A model generated the notes under the pieces. That model was not told where the DNA came from. It was given only the letters and a program-made list of their open reading frames with translations, and made no database searches. Positions 1 through 8,222 of a DNA stretch of 53,232 bases are shown piece after piece (within the stretch, counting starts at the first letter, position 1; each line of letters starts with the position of its first letter). The stretch is from positions 1 to 53,232 of IMG/VR virus record IMGVR_UViG_3300044615_001001; one strand, given 5' to 3'. Position numbers and translations under genes: made by a program. Source of the stretch: a virus (taxonomy: Duplodnaviria > Caudoviricetes).

Positions 1-126
1 GCCGACCGCGTCGTCTTTCCAGTCGATCGTAGGCTCGGCGCGCTCCTCCGCTTGCTCCTCCGCGTGCAGCTTGCGGAACAGCTCGAGGCGCTCTCTCGTC
101 ATCGGCGTCGTCATGCGTTCTCCTTC
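1..126 (+). repeat. Terminal direct repeat (copy 1), probably assembly overlap
   Basis: Identical to 53106..53231. Confidence 0.9.
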
Positions 127-1082
127 GCTCGCTCCACCTGACGCGTGCTCCACGCGTCGATCTCCGCGCGCTGAGCGTACACGCGGCCCGTGCTCGACGT
201 GCGCACCGGCAGGCCGCGACTCACGTACGAACGTGCCGCACGCTCGCTCGTCTGCATGTGCGCGGCGATCTCCTTCCACCCTTCCAGGTCGTATCCGGGA
301 ATCCGCATTTCCGCTGCCTCCGTGCGCCCGCCTCGGCGCAGCTCGCGAGCCTCGAGCACGCCACGCGCCACGAGGTCTTCGGTCATCTCACGAGTGACAT
401 GGCGAACGACGAGCGTGACGTGCCGCTTCGTCCAGCCGTCGCCCAGCGTCTCCGCGATCGCCTCGTACGTCTGAGGCACGCGACGCCACGTGCCAGCCTT
501 GCGGCCCTCAGTGCGCGACCACACGCGCTTGCCGCCCATGCGCGCCTCGACGATGAAGCGCACGAGCTCCGCGCTCACCTCCTCCGCGCCCACCGTCATC
601 GGCACGCACGCACGCACGAGCGCGCGCTCGAAATCCACGATGTCGTCGCGTCCGCCAGGTGTGCGCACCGTCCCGCCGCCTGCGCCCATGGCCTGCCCGA
701 AGCGTCCGGGATCGCTCGTGGAGCGCACGGGTGCACCGTCGTCGACCACGCGCGCCCACTGCTGCCACGCGGCAGCGAGCGTGCCCCACCGCGGCCGTTC
801 GTTCTCCTCGCCTCGACGACTGCGCTCGATGGCGCGACGGTCCTGCGTCGTGAGCAGCGTGCGGCCTCGATGCACCGCTACCTCGACGCCGTACGTCTCC
901 TCGGCGGCGTCCGCAATCGACGCCGACCACTGCTCACGCATGCGGCGCTGACAGACACGACACGTCACCTCGACGTGCGAGTCCGTGACGTCGACCGCGA
1001 CCATGCCGCAGAGCGAGAAGCGCAGATCGAGGCCCTCGCCCTCGCGGCGCTCACGTCGGAGGTGTAGCGCGCGCGTGGTCAC
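111..1082 (-). CDS. DNA-binding protein with C-terminal MerR/excisionase-like HTH; candidate late-gene regulator
   Basis: C-terminal LEGWKEIAAHM...GLPV...VYAQRAEIDAW motif and an N-terminal CxxC. Lies just upstream of the late operon on the circle. GTG start overlaps the upstream stop. Confidence 0.6.
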   Translation of the reverse strand: MTTRALHLRRERREGEGLDLRFSLCGMVAVDVTDSHVEVTCRVCQRRMREQWSASIADAAEETYGVEVAVHRGRTLLTTQDRRAIERSRRGEENERPRWGTLAAAWQQWARVVDDGAPVRSTSDPGRFGQAMGAGGGTVRTPGGRDDIVDFERALVRACVPMTVGAEEVSAELVRFIVEARMGGKRVWSRTEGRKAGTWRRVPQTYEAIAETLGDGWTKRHVTLVVRHVTREMTEDLVARGVLEARELRRGGRTEAAEMRIPGYDLEGWKEIAAHMQTSERAARSYVSRGLPVRTSSTGRVYAQRAEIDAWSTRQVERAKENA

Positions 1083-1501
1083 GACTGCACCCTCCACCGC
1101 TCAGAACCTCCGACCCACGCAGCGACGGTGCTGCACCTTGGGCATGTCCACATGAACGCGTAGTGCGGCATCGGATACAGGCCCGTTTCCACGCGGCAGT
1201 GAGCAAACGAAGCCATGTCCGCGGCGCACGCCACGCACTGACGTACCAGTGGTCCACGACGGAACGGCGACAGCGACGCGCCGTCGCGCACATCGTCGAG
1301 CGCGGACTCGTACGCGCGGTGAGCAAGACGCGCCCTGCGTCGCGCCTCAATGCGAGTCGCTCGCTTGCACAGCATCGCGCCGTGCCCGTGTTGGCCGAAG
1401 GTGCGCACCTCGCGCGACCAGTCGATGCGAGCGTCGCGAGCCATGGCGTCGGCGTTCTGTGCCTCGCGCCGGAGTCGCAGCAGCGTGTCAGCTGTGGTCA
1501 C
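1079..1501 (-). CDS. Hypothetical protein with C-terminal CxxC pairs; paralog of 1498..1830
   Basis: GTGA coupling; shared GQHG...ARxRARxAHRAY motif. Confidence 0.6.
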   Translation of the reverse strand: MTTADTLLRLRREAQNADAMARDARIDWSREVRTFGQHGHGAMLCKRATRIEARRRARLAHRAYESALDDVRDGASLSPFRRGPLVRQCVACAADMASFAHCRVETGLYPMPHYAFMWTCPRCSTVAAWVGGSERWRVQS

Positions 1502-1830
1502 GACTTGCCCTCGCCGAACGTGAACACGATGCGGGCGCCGTCCATGCGCCGCCCGCAAGGCAACGCCCTCCGCACCTCATTGCGCCACCGACTCAGCGCA
1601 GCGTCATACGCGCGGTGAGCGGCGCGCGCTCGCTTGCGTGCGACGCACCGGAATCCTCGCTTGTACCGCTCGGTCGGCCGCCCGTGCTGGCCGTGCGCGA
1701 TCACTTCCTCTCGCCACACGCGCGCCCACGTGGCCGCTTGCTCGTTGGCCGCACGCACCTCCGCGCGATGCATCAGCATCACGGGCCGCAGCTCGTCGAC
1801 CAGCCTGCGCTCTCCCTCGTCGCCGCTCAT
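1498..1830 (-). CDS. Hypothetical protein; paralog of 1079..1501
   Basis: ATGA coupling; shared motif. Confidence 0.6.
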   Translation of the reverse strand: MSGDEGERRLVDELRPVMLMHRAEVRAANEQAATWARVWREEVIAHGQHGRPTERYKRGFRCVARKRARAAHRAYDAALSRWRNEVRRALPCGRRMDGARIVFTFGEGKS

Positions 1831-2780
1831 GTGGTGGCCTCGGTGTCGAGCACGATGTCTTCCGCGTAGTACGCCACGCCATTCACCAGAGGATCTCCGT
1901 CCTCGTCGAATCCGGTCACCATGCCGAGCCTCTCGTCGCTTCCCGGATGGCGGACGTGCGCGCCGAAGACAAGTCCCCGCTTGGCCGCTTGCACGCTCGG
2001 CTTTCCGCATGACGCGGCCACCAAAGCCAGCGCGTCCTCGGCCGCCTTCCGCCGCACCCTCTCGCGCTCGAGCTCGGCGCGCATGCTGGCCAGCTCGTGG
2101 CGCATCGCGTCGCGCTCGGCCTCCATCCCTTGCGCACCTCTTCGCATCGCCTCGACCTTTGCGATTGCGGCATCCCGCTCCGCGCGCGCCTCATCGACAC
2201 GTGCACGCATGTGGTCAGCGGCCGACGTCTCAAGCAGGAGCCACTCGCTCAGCGCCTCGATGCGCGCCTCCGCGTCGCGCCGCAGCCTCTTCGCCTCGTA
2301 CCCGAGGCTGGCTCTGCGCACGCTGTCGTACGGGTCGCATGCTGCCGCGACGCGCTCGTGCGCATCCGCCTTGACGAGCATGTCCACCGCCTCGCGAATC
2401 CCAGCAGCTGCGCTGTCCGCCCGCGCAGTGTCGCCGCCCTCGCTCGCCGTCACCTCCGCGTCAGCCGCAGGCGTGCCACGCTCTGCCGCATGCTGATCGT
2501 CTGCCGAGGGTGTCACGAGGTCCACGACGCCGCGCACGCACGGCCCCTGCGCTGCTCGTCCTGCGCTACCCCGCTGCTCGGCTCTGCACGCATCGTGGTC
2601 GACGTGGCAGACGCCGGCGCCGAAGTGGCGCTCCGCGTAGGCGCTCACGCTCTCCGAGAGAGACGCGTCCGTCGTCGCCCCTGCCACGGCTGGCGGTGCG
2701 AGTAGACGCGCCTCAAGTGTGACGATGCGCTCCTCGAGCGCCGCGAATCGCTGGCCGGTCGTGCCGAGGTCCTCGGTCAT
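1827..2780 (-). CDS. Hypothetical coiled-coil protein
   Basis: 317-aa ORF coupled to neighbours; A/E/R-rich heptad stretch. Confidence 0.65.
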   Translation of the reverse strand: MTEDLGTTGQRFAALEERIVTLEARLLAPPAVAGATTDASLSESVSAYAERHFGAGVCHVDHDACRAEQRGSAGRAAQGPCVRGVVDLVTPSADDQHAAERGTPAADAEVTASEGGDTARADSAAAGIREAVDMLVKADAHERVAAACDPYDSVRRASLGYEAKRLRRDAEARIEALSEWLLLETSAADHMRARVDEARAERDAAIAKVEAMRRGAQGMEAERDAMRHELASMRAELERERVRRKAAEDALALVAASCGKPSVQAAKRGLVFGAHVRHPGSDERLGMVTGFDEDGDPLVNGVAYYAEDIVLDTEATT

Positions 2781-2998
2781 CGCTCACCTCGCTTGACGTC
2801 GATGTAAGAGCGCATGGTGAGCGCGCACAGCTTCGCGATCTCTGACACCGTGTCCGGATGCGGCTCCACCCCGCAGACGTCGCACGCGATCTCCGCTGCG
2901 AGCCACAGAAGCGTTGCCGACTTCGCGCCGGGGTCGCCCGGCAGCGTGTCCACAGCATCGGTCACAGCCTCGTCGAATGCCGTCGTCGGATTCCTCAT
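2777..2998 (-). CDS. Hypothetical protein
   Basis: ATGA-coupled 73-aa ORF. Confidence 0.6.
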   Translation of the reverse strand: MRNPTTAFDEAVTDAVDTLPGDPGAKSATLLWLAAEIACDVCGVEPHPDTVSEIAKLCALTMRSYIDVKRGER

Positions 2999-3237
2999 GC
3001 GTCCACCCGTCCTCTCGTGCTCTCCACGAGCACGCTCTCCGCAGCCCTCGCGTACACGCGCACCACCGCCGAGCCTGACGCGTCAGCGAGCGCGTGCAGT
3101 CCACTCGCCGCCTCACCAAGCGCGGCCTCTCGCTCGAGGAGGGCGAACGCGACGTCAGACTCGCGCCCAGCCTGACGCGCGTGACGAGCAGCGCGCCAGA
3201 GATGGATGATCGCGTCGAGCGTGCGGCGAGCGTTCAT
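2995..3237 (-). CDS. Hypothetical protein
   Basis: ATGA-coupled ORF starting MNARRTLD. Confidence 0.55.
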   Translation of the reverse strand: MNARRTLDAIIHLWRAARHARQAGRESDVAFALLEREAALGEAASGLHALADASGSAVVRVYARAAESVLVESTRGRVDA

Positions 3238-3506
3238 GCGCGCCTGGTCTGCGTGATAGTCATCGCCATGAAGTGCGCGCGCGGCCTGACGACCTCTCGC
3301 AGCCTGTCGACAATCTCGTGTCGACCGTCGTTGCCCAGCGGAAGCGCCGTGGTGCACAGAAGCACATCGTCTTCCGGCTCGCTGTAGACGAACGTTGCGA
3401 ACATCGGCACGTCATACTCCTTCGCGAGCCTGATAATCTCTGTCATCAGCGGAGCGATGTGCTTGTCGTACGCCATCTCCCGCGGACCTCGGTTGTCACT
3501 GTCCAT
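3234..3506 (-). CDS. Hypothetical phage protein
   Basis: Coupled to the terL stop; MDSDNRG...YDKHIAPLMTEIIRLAKEY. Confidence 0.65.
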   Translation of the reverse strand: MDSDNRGPREMAYDKHIAPLMTEIIRLAKEYDVPMFATFVYSEPEDDVLLCTTALPLGNDGRHEIVDRLREVVRPRAHFMAMTITQTRRA

Positions 3507-4981
3507 CACAGCCACCCTCCTCTCGATGCCGGCGCACGACCGGCAGGTCGTCCCACGTTGCCTGGCGTCAGCACGCCCTCGCTCAGCGCCTTGTGCGCTG
3601 TCACCGTCGCGTCGATCTCGTCGTCCACCTCGGCACTCGACATGCCCGAGAAGTCCAGCGCACGCGACACGTAGCCGCTCACATCCCACGTCGCCGACGC
3701 AGGCACGAGCACGCGCCCGTGATTCCAATCAGCCTCGAGCGCACGAGCGTTCACCAGCTTGTCGCCCTTCGTTGGCTCGTGGCGAACGCTCAGCCCCATC
3801 GAGCGCGCCGTCTCGAGGAGCGCGGCCTCCTGTCCGCCCGTGCGCATGTAGACCTGAGCGCCGAGGTAGCGCATCTGTAGAGCGCGCATCTCCGCGCACC
3901 ACTCCGAGAACGAGCAGCGACGGCGCAGCACCTCGAGCACGAAGAAGCGCGGCGGCTGTCCTGGCTCGGCGTCGAGCTCACGCGCGAGAACGACAGCGAC
4001 CGACCAGTCCGCCGTGGTGCGCGTGGAGTACGCGAGGTCCATACCAATCGCGCACGCGTAGCGGCCGGGCCGCACGTCGTACGTGTGCACGCCTCGCAGC
4101 AGCTTGCCTTCACGTGGACGCGGCGAGCCCATGTAGAGCGCCCACCAGTCGTGCTCCGTGACGAGCAACCTCTGAGCCTCGTAGAACGCGCGGTCGCGGC
4201 CGCCGAACGTAATCAGCGGCTCGCCCGTGTTCACGTCCACGCTCGGAATGTTGATCTCGAGCACATCGACGCCAGCGGCGCGCAACGGCTCAAGCTTGAC
4301 CGCCATCTGCGCAATCAGGTCTGTTGATGTCCAGCGCGTGTGCTCGATGACCACACTCGTTTCGGGGTGGCGACGAGACATCACCGCGGAACTGACCTGC
4401 GACACGATGCGTGATGACACGGCATCGCTCTCGGCCTCCACCTGGTTCTTGTACGGGTCGCAGATCCACACCGCCTTGAGCCCGCTCTGGCCCGTGAGGC
4501 CGCCGTCTCGACCACGTGCGAGCATCCCTCCGCCGCGCGTCGTGTACCACGAGTCAACGGCCTTTGAGTCGCCGCGGAGCTCAACGTTCGCGGCCTTCAC
4601 GATGTCGCGGATCTCGCGGGACTTCTCGTTCGCCAGATCCTGTCCGTACGTCACCAGACCGATTCGATGGTCCGGCCGGCGAGTGATGTGGCGCGCGCAT
4701 GCGTACTGGCCGAGCATCGTCTTTCCGATCTGCGGCGGTGCCGACACGAGCGCGATGACCGGCGCGGCCTCACCGCATGACGCGCGAAACACGCGGTCCC
4801 ACGCGTCAGCGATGGGCGACAGATCGTCGCGCCTCTGGCACGCTGGCCCGAACACCATCCGGCCCATGCGCAACTGGTAGTCGAGCACCGAGTCAGCCCG
4901 CGCAAGACGCAACTCGGCCGCGTGGATGCTCGCTTGAAGCTCCTCGATGGCCCGCGCTGCCTCTGCTGCGGTGAGTGTCAC
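3506..4981 (-). CDS. terL: Terminase large subunit
   Basis: Walker A SAPPQIGKT, HTRW coupling motif, nuclease motifs IGMDLAYS and DDEIDA. Confidence 0.92.
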   Translation of the reverse strand: MTLTAAEAARAIEELQASIHAAELRLARADSVLDYQLRMGRMVFGPACQRRDDLSPIADAWDRVFRASCGEAAPVIALVSAPPQIGKTMLGQYACARHITRRPDHRIGLVTYGQDLANEKSREIRDIVKAANVELRGDSKAVDSWYTTRGGGMLARGRDGGLTGQSGLKAVWICDPYKNQVEAESDAVSSRIVSQVSSAVMSRRHPETSVVIEHTRWTSTDLIAQMAVKLEPLRAAGVDVLEINIPSVDVNTGEPLITFGGRDRAFYEAQRLLVTEHDWWALYMGSPRPREGKLLRGVHTYDVRPGRYACAIGMDLAYSTRTTADWSVAVVLARELDAEPGQPPRFFVLEVLRRRCSFSEWCAEMRALQMRYLGAQVYMRTGGQEAALLETARSMGLSVRHEPTKGDKLVNARALEADWNHGRVLVPASATWDVSGYVSRALDFSGMSSAEVDDEIDATVTAHKALSEGVLTPGNVGRPAGRAPASRGGWL

Positions 4982-5314
4982 TCACGCCCTCCGCGGCACC
5001 TTGAGGCGTCGCGCCTCGGCGACGATCCTTTGAGCGAGTGCCTCGACCGCTTGCCTTGACTCCGGCTGCCGTTCCCAAAGCGGCGTTCTGTTCAGAGGCT
5101 CCATGCCGAACACCACCGGCAGCGAGAACGGGGCCTTCATCACCAGCTGCATGAACGACCGTCCCTCTCGCGCCGCGTGCGTCACGACATACGCAGCATC
5201 ATTGTCGACGTCCGTGTTACTTCCTCCGTCGTATTCCCACTTGAAGCCACGCTCCTTGCACAACGCCTTCACCACATCCGAGATCCGCCACCGCTTCACG
5301 CGCTTGCTCATCAC
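4982..5314 (-). CDS. Hypothetical protein inserted between terS and terL
   Basis: 110-aa ORF overlapping the terS stop. Confidence 0.6.
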   Translation of the reverse strand: MMSKRVKRWRISDVVKALCKERGFKWEYDGGSNTDVDNDAAYVVTHAAREGRSFMQLVMKAPFSLPVVFGMEPLNRTPLWERQPESRQAVEALAQRIVAEARRLKVPRRA

Positions 5315-5865
5315 TCACCTCCACCCTCTCCTGGCGAACGCGGCGTAGCGTCGATCGCGCGCTCGGTCTCGTCGAGCCTGTCGAGAAGTGCCCTCAGTCG
5401 CTCGCGCTGCTCGACTGTCGCGGGGTCGCTGTCGACAGCCTGCACACGCAGCACGTCGAGACCATTCAGCTTCGCCACCAACTCGATCGCGCGAATGCGA
5501 TCGGAGTGCCGCGGCTCGCCCACAATCGGCACACCCTCTGACACACCAATCGTCGCGAGCATGCGACCGTCGGCAATCTCCATGAGTCGCGCCGTCAGCA
5601 TCTCTGCCGTGATCTTCGATTCCGCTGCGCGTTCCAGCTTGATCGCCCTGATGCGGTCCTGCACCTCCGGCTCGTCGAGCAGCTGGCTTGCGGTCACATG
5701 CGCACGGTCGGGAGAGAAGCCAGCGATGGTCGCCGCGCGCTTCCCGTTCATCTGCGCCTCGCCCATGTACGCCTGCACGAACGCCTCGCGCTTGTCGAGC
5801 GCAGGCTGAACCGCCCCGCGCTTCTTGCCTGGCGGACGCTTCCCGTTTGTGACACGAGCGGTCAT
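5311..5865 (-). CDS. terS: Terminase small subunit
   Basis: FVQAY...NGKRAATIAGFS...ASQLL..PEV HTH signature; AIELVAK; adjacent to terL. Confidence 0.88.
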   Translation of the reverse strand: MTARVTNGKRPPGKKRGAVQPALDKREAFVQAYMGEAQMNGKRAATIAGFSPDRAHVTASQLLDEPEVQDRIRAIKLERAAESKITAEMLTARLMEIADGRMLATIGVSEGVPIVGEPRHSDRIRAIELVAKLNGLDVLRVQAVDSDPATVEQRERLRALLDRLDETERAIDATPRSPGEGGGE

Positions 5866-5872
5866 ACCGGAG

Positions 5873-6355
5873 TCATACCGCGTGGCCCGCTCTCACCCTC
5901 TCGACCGCCACATCTCGCGCCTCTGACTCACCATCGAAGCGCACCCGCACCGTCTCGAGCCACGGGTTGACCTGCACCACATCATGACCCTCGTACTGCC
6001 GCACATGCCGCCCGCAGTACTGCGACCGGATGCCGCCAGCGACGACGCCGCGCACCCACCGCTCGCGCCCTCGCGCGTCGTGCACGTACGCCCAGCACGC
6101 GCCGCCCTCGCGCACGTCGAGCAGCCCCGACGCCTCGACCGCAGCGCGCTCGCCGTCCGTCAGCTCGCCGCCCTCGCGACACGTCCGCACGAGCGGCCCG
6201 ATGGGGTGCGCCTGGAGCTCTCGCGGCTCGCGCCATGACACGGATGTCATAGCGTTTCCCGCCACGACGTTGCCCTCAGACGCCCGCTCGTCACTCGGAC
6301 GCGCGGACGTAGCTGCCGACCCGTCTCCGGGCCACCTACCCACCGCCGCGCTCAC
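5873..6355 (-). CDS. Hypothetical protein (start uncertain)
   Basis: ORF within a coupled operon. Confidence 0.45.
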   Translation of the reverse strand: MSAAVGRWPGDGSAATSARPSDERASEGNVVAGNAMTSVSWREPRELQAHPIGPLVRTCREGGELTDGERAAVEASGLLDVREGGACWAYVHDARGRERWVRGVVAGGIRSQYCGRHVRQYEGHDVVQVNPWLETVRVRFDGESEARDVAVERVRAGHAV

Positions 6356-6519
6356 GCGTCCCACCTCGTGACGTGCACCCACTGCGTGCGCCCATCGCTC
6401 CGGCGTCGCTTGACGTACGCCGCCCGCAGGCCGCGCCGCGCCCTCAGCGCGTGCTCGGCGTCGAGGTCGCGTAGCAGCGTCTCGTCGCGCACCATGGCAG
6501 GCTCCTCGGTCTCGCTCAT
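6352..6519 (-). CDS. Small hypothetical protein (55 aa)
   Basis: Read manually: MSETEEPAMVRDE...; ATGA and GTGA coupling on both sides. Confidence 0.5.
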   Translation of the reverse strand: MSETEEPAMVRDETLLRDLDAEHALRARRGLRAAYVKRRRSDGRTQWVHVTRWDA

Positions 6520-7214
6520 CGGGTCACCTCAGCCGTAGCGGGCGAACGCCGACGGCGGCGCATGTCGACGCGGCTGGTCAGCTCCAGCGTGTACCCGACG
6601 CTCTGCCAGCGAGATGCGGCGCGCGGCGTCAGTCGCTGTTCCCACTGAGCCTTCGTGATGTTGCCCAACAGGAGCGTCTTGGTGCGCGAGCCCTGGCGAG
6701 CGTTGATGAGCTCCTCGAGCATCGCGCGCACGTCGTCGAGGCGCTGACGCTCGCCGCCGATCTCGTCGACCACGAGAGCGCGAGCGCGCTTGAGCGACTC
6801 CCATCGCTCGCGGTCCGGCCCGTACTGCGCCGACCACAGCCGCACGAGCTCGCTCGAGAGCACGTAGCGGCCGTCCATGTCAGCGACCCACCACGCTGCC
6901 GCGACGGTCTTGCCGACGCCGCGTTCGCCCACGACGGCCAGCGCGCACGGCCCGTCCTTCGCCGCGCCCCACGAGAGCACGAGATCGGCCGTGAGCGGGT
7001 GTGGCCGCATCTCGTGGACGACCGTCCGCCGCCCGTCGTCGGTCAACTCGCCCGGCAGCTCGCGATCGAGGATCTCTGCGCGTCGCAGTCGACGAGCTTT
7101 GCCCTCCTCGCGCCATCGCTCGTAGTCGCGGCGCGCTTCCCACGCGGCAACCTCGGCGTCACTCGCCGGCCCTCGCAGCCCGACCGACCGCAGCGTCGCA
7201 ATCGCGTCACCCAT
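6516..7214 (-). CDS. DnaC/IstB-like AAA+ ATPase (helicase loader)
   Basis: Walker A GERGVGKT, Walker B LVVDEIG, LINAR, TLLLGN; follows the initiator gene. Confidence 0.85.
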   Translation of the reverse strand: MGDAIATLRSVGLRGPASDAEVAAWEARRDYERWREEGKARRLRRAEILDRELPGELTDDGRRTVVHEMRPHPLTADLVLSWGAAKDGPCALAVVGERGVGKTVAAAWWVADMDGRYVLSSELVRLWSAQYGPDRERWESLKRARALVVDEIGGERQRLDDVRAMLEELINARQGSRTKTLLLGNITKAQWEQRLTPRAASRWQSVGYTLELTSRVDMRRRRRSPATAEVTR

Positions 7215-8070
7215 GACCCACCTCCGTTCGCGCCCATGGCGGGATCTCCTGCACGGCCGGGCGCTCTCGGCTGTGCCCATCGTCGCGAGCCGCATCGAGC
7301 GCGGACCGCCCCCACTCGTTCGGGTTCGCCAGCAGATAGCCGACCGGGTAGCCCTCGACCCGCATGGCCTCGTCGTCGAAGAAGCCATCGATGATGGCCA
7401 CGAGATCGTCGGGCGGCAGCGCGCCGAGGCCGGCCAGCTTGCAGGCGTCGCCGTGGCTTGGCGCGGTGGTCGCGATGCGTCCCGGCACAGCCTTGCGGCG
7501 AGTCTGGTAGCCAGCCTGGATGGCGCGCCTCGCGACCTCGATGCGCCCGGTGTCGACGAGGGTTGTAACCGGGCGCGCGCGCGTCTGAGTGTCACTCACG
7601 CTAGTGAGTGACTGTTCTTGTTCCTGATCCTGATCTTGATCCTGATCAGAGGGTGGCCTGTAACTTACGGGCTTGTTCGACGTCACCGCCGAGCCGGTTA
7701 CTTCGATGTTACGCGTAACATCGCGCGCCTTGGCCATCCCGTTACGGGCGCGCTCCTTCTCTTTCTCGTACTTTTCGCGGGTGATGTTGTGGTCGGCCCA
7801 TTCCCGCAGACGCCACGCTTTCGCCGCGTCGTCGCGCTCCAGCAATCCGGCCGCGGAGAGTTCGTCGAGTTGCTTCCTCGGCGGCGCACCTCCGGCGATG
7901 AGCATCAGGGCCGCATCCGGGACCACCCCGTCCGACAGCTGGTCGGCGCACCACGACAGCATCGACACCCACAGGCCGCGCGCTTGGAGCGACAGGCCGC
8001 ACGTCCGAGGGTGCCGCCAGAACGTCCCCATCACGCGGGCGTAAAAGCCCTTCTTGGTCCTCTCGCTCAT
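7207..8070 (-). CDS. Phage replication initiator / replisome organiser
   Basis: N-terminal LSLQARGLW..LSW winged-helix-like region, DQDQDQDQEQEQ linker, upstream of the DnaC-like gene. Confidence 0.75.
   Translation of the reverse strand: MSERTKKGFYARVMGTFWRHPRTCGLSLQARGLWVSMLSWCADQLSDGVVPDAALMLIAGGAPPRKQLDELSAAGLLERDDAAKAWRLREWADHNITREKYEKEKERARNGMAKARDVTRNIEVTGSAVTSNKPVSYRPPSDQDQDQDQEQEQSLTSVSDTQTRARPVTTLVDTGRIEVARRAIQAGYQTRRKAVPGRIATTAPSHGDACKLAGLGALPPDDLVAIIDGFFDDEAMRVEGYPVGYLLANPNEWGRSALDAARDDGHSRERPAVQEIPPWARTEVGHG
7561..7745. other. Candidate replication origin within the initiator gene
   Basis: Perfect 20-bp palindrome at 7704..7723, several GTTAC/GTAAC motifs, a 9-bp inverted repeat at 7591..7612, four clustered GATC, locally lower GC. 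Confidence 0.5.
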
Positions 8071-8222
8071 CTCGCCTCCCACGTCACCACAGCCACCCCG
8101 CACCTCACCACCTCGCAGCCCTGCGCCTCGAGCTGCGCGACCACCTCGCTCGCCGTCGCCCACGGCACGAGCGCGCGACCGCCGCGCATCGAGGCGAGTA
8201 CCGCTCGCTCTGCGTCGGTCAT
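8067..8222 (-). CDS. Small hypothetical protein
   Basis: ATGA-coupled ORF MTDAERAVL... Confidence 0.5.
   Translation of the reverse strand: MTDAERAVLASMRGGRALVPWATASEVVAQLEAQGCEVVRCGVAVVTWEAR

Noticed and set aside
1-126. Terminal repeat as biological DTR
   Set aside because: It falls within a coding sequence and its length is close to a common assembler k-mer, so it is most likely a circular overlap.
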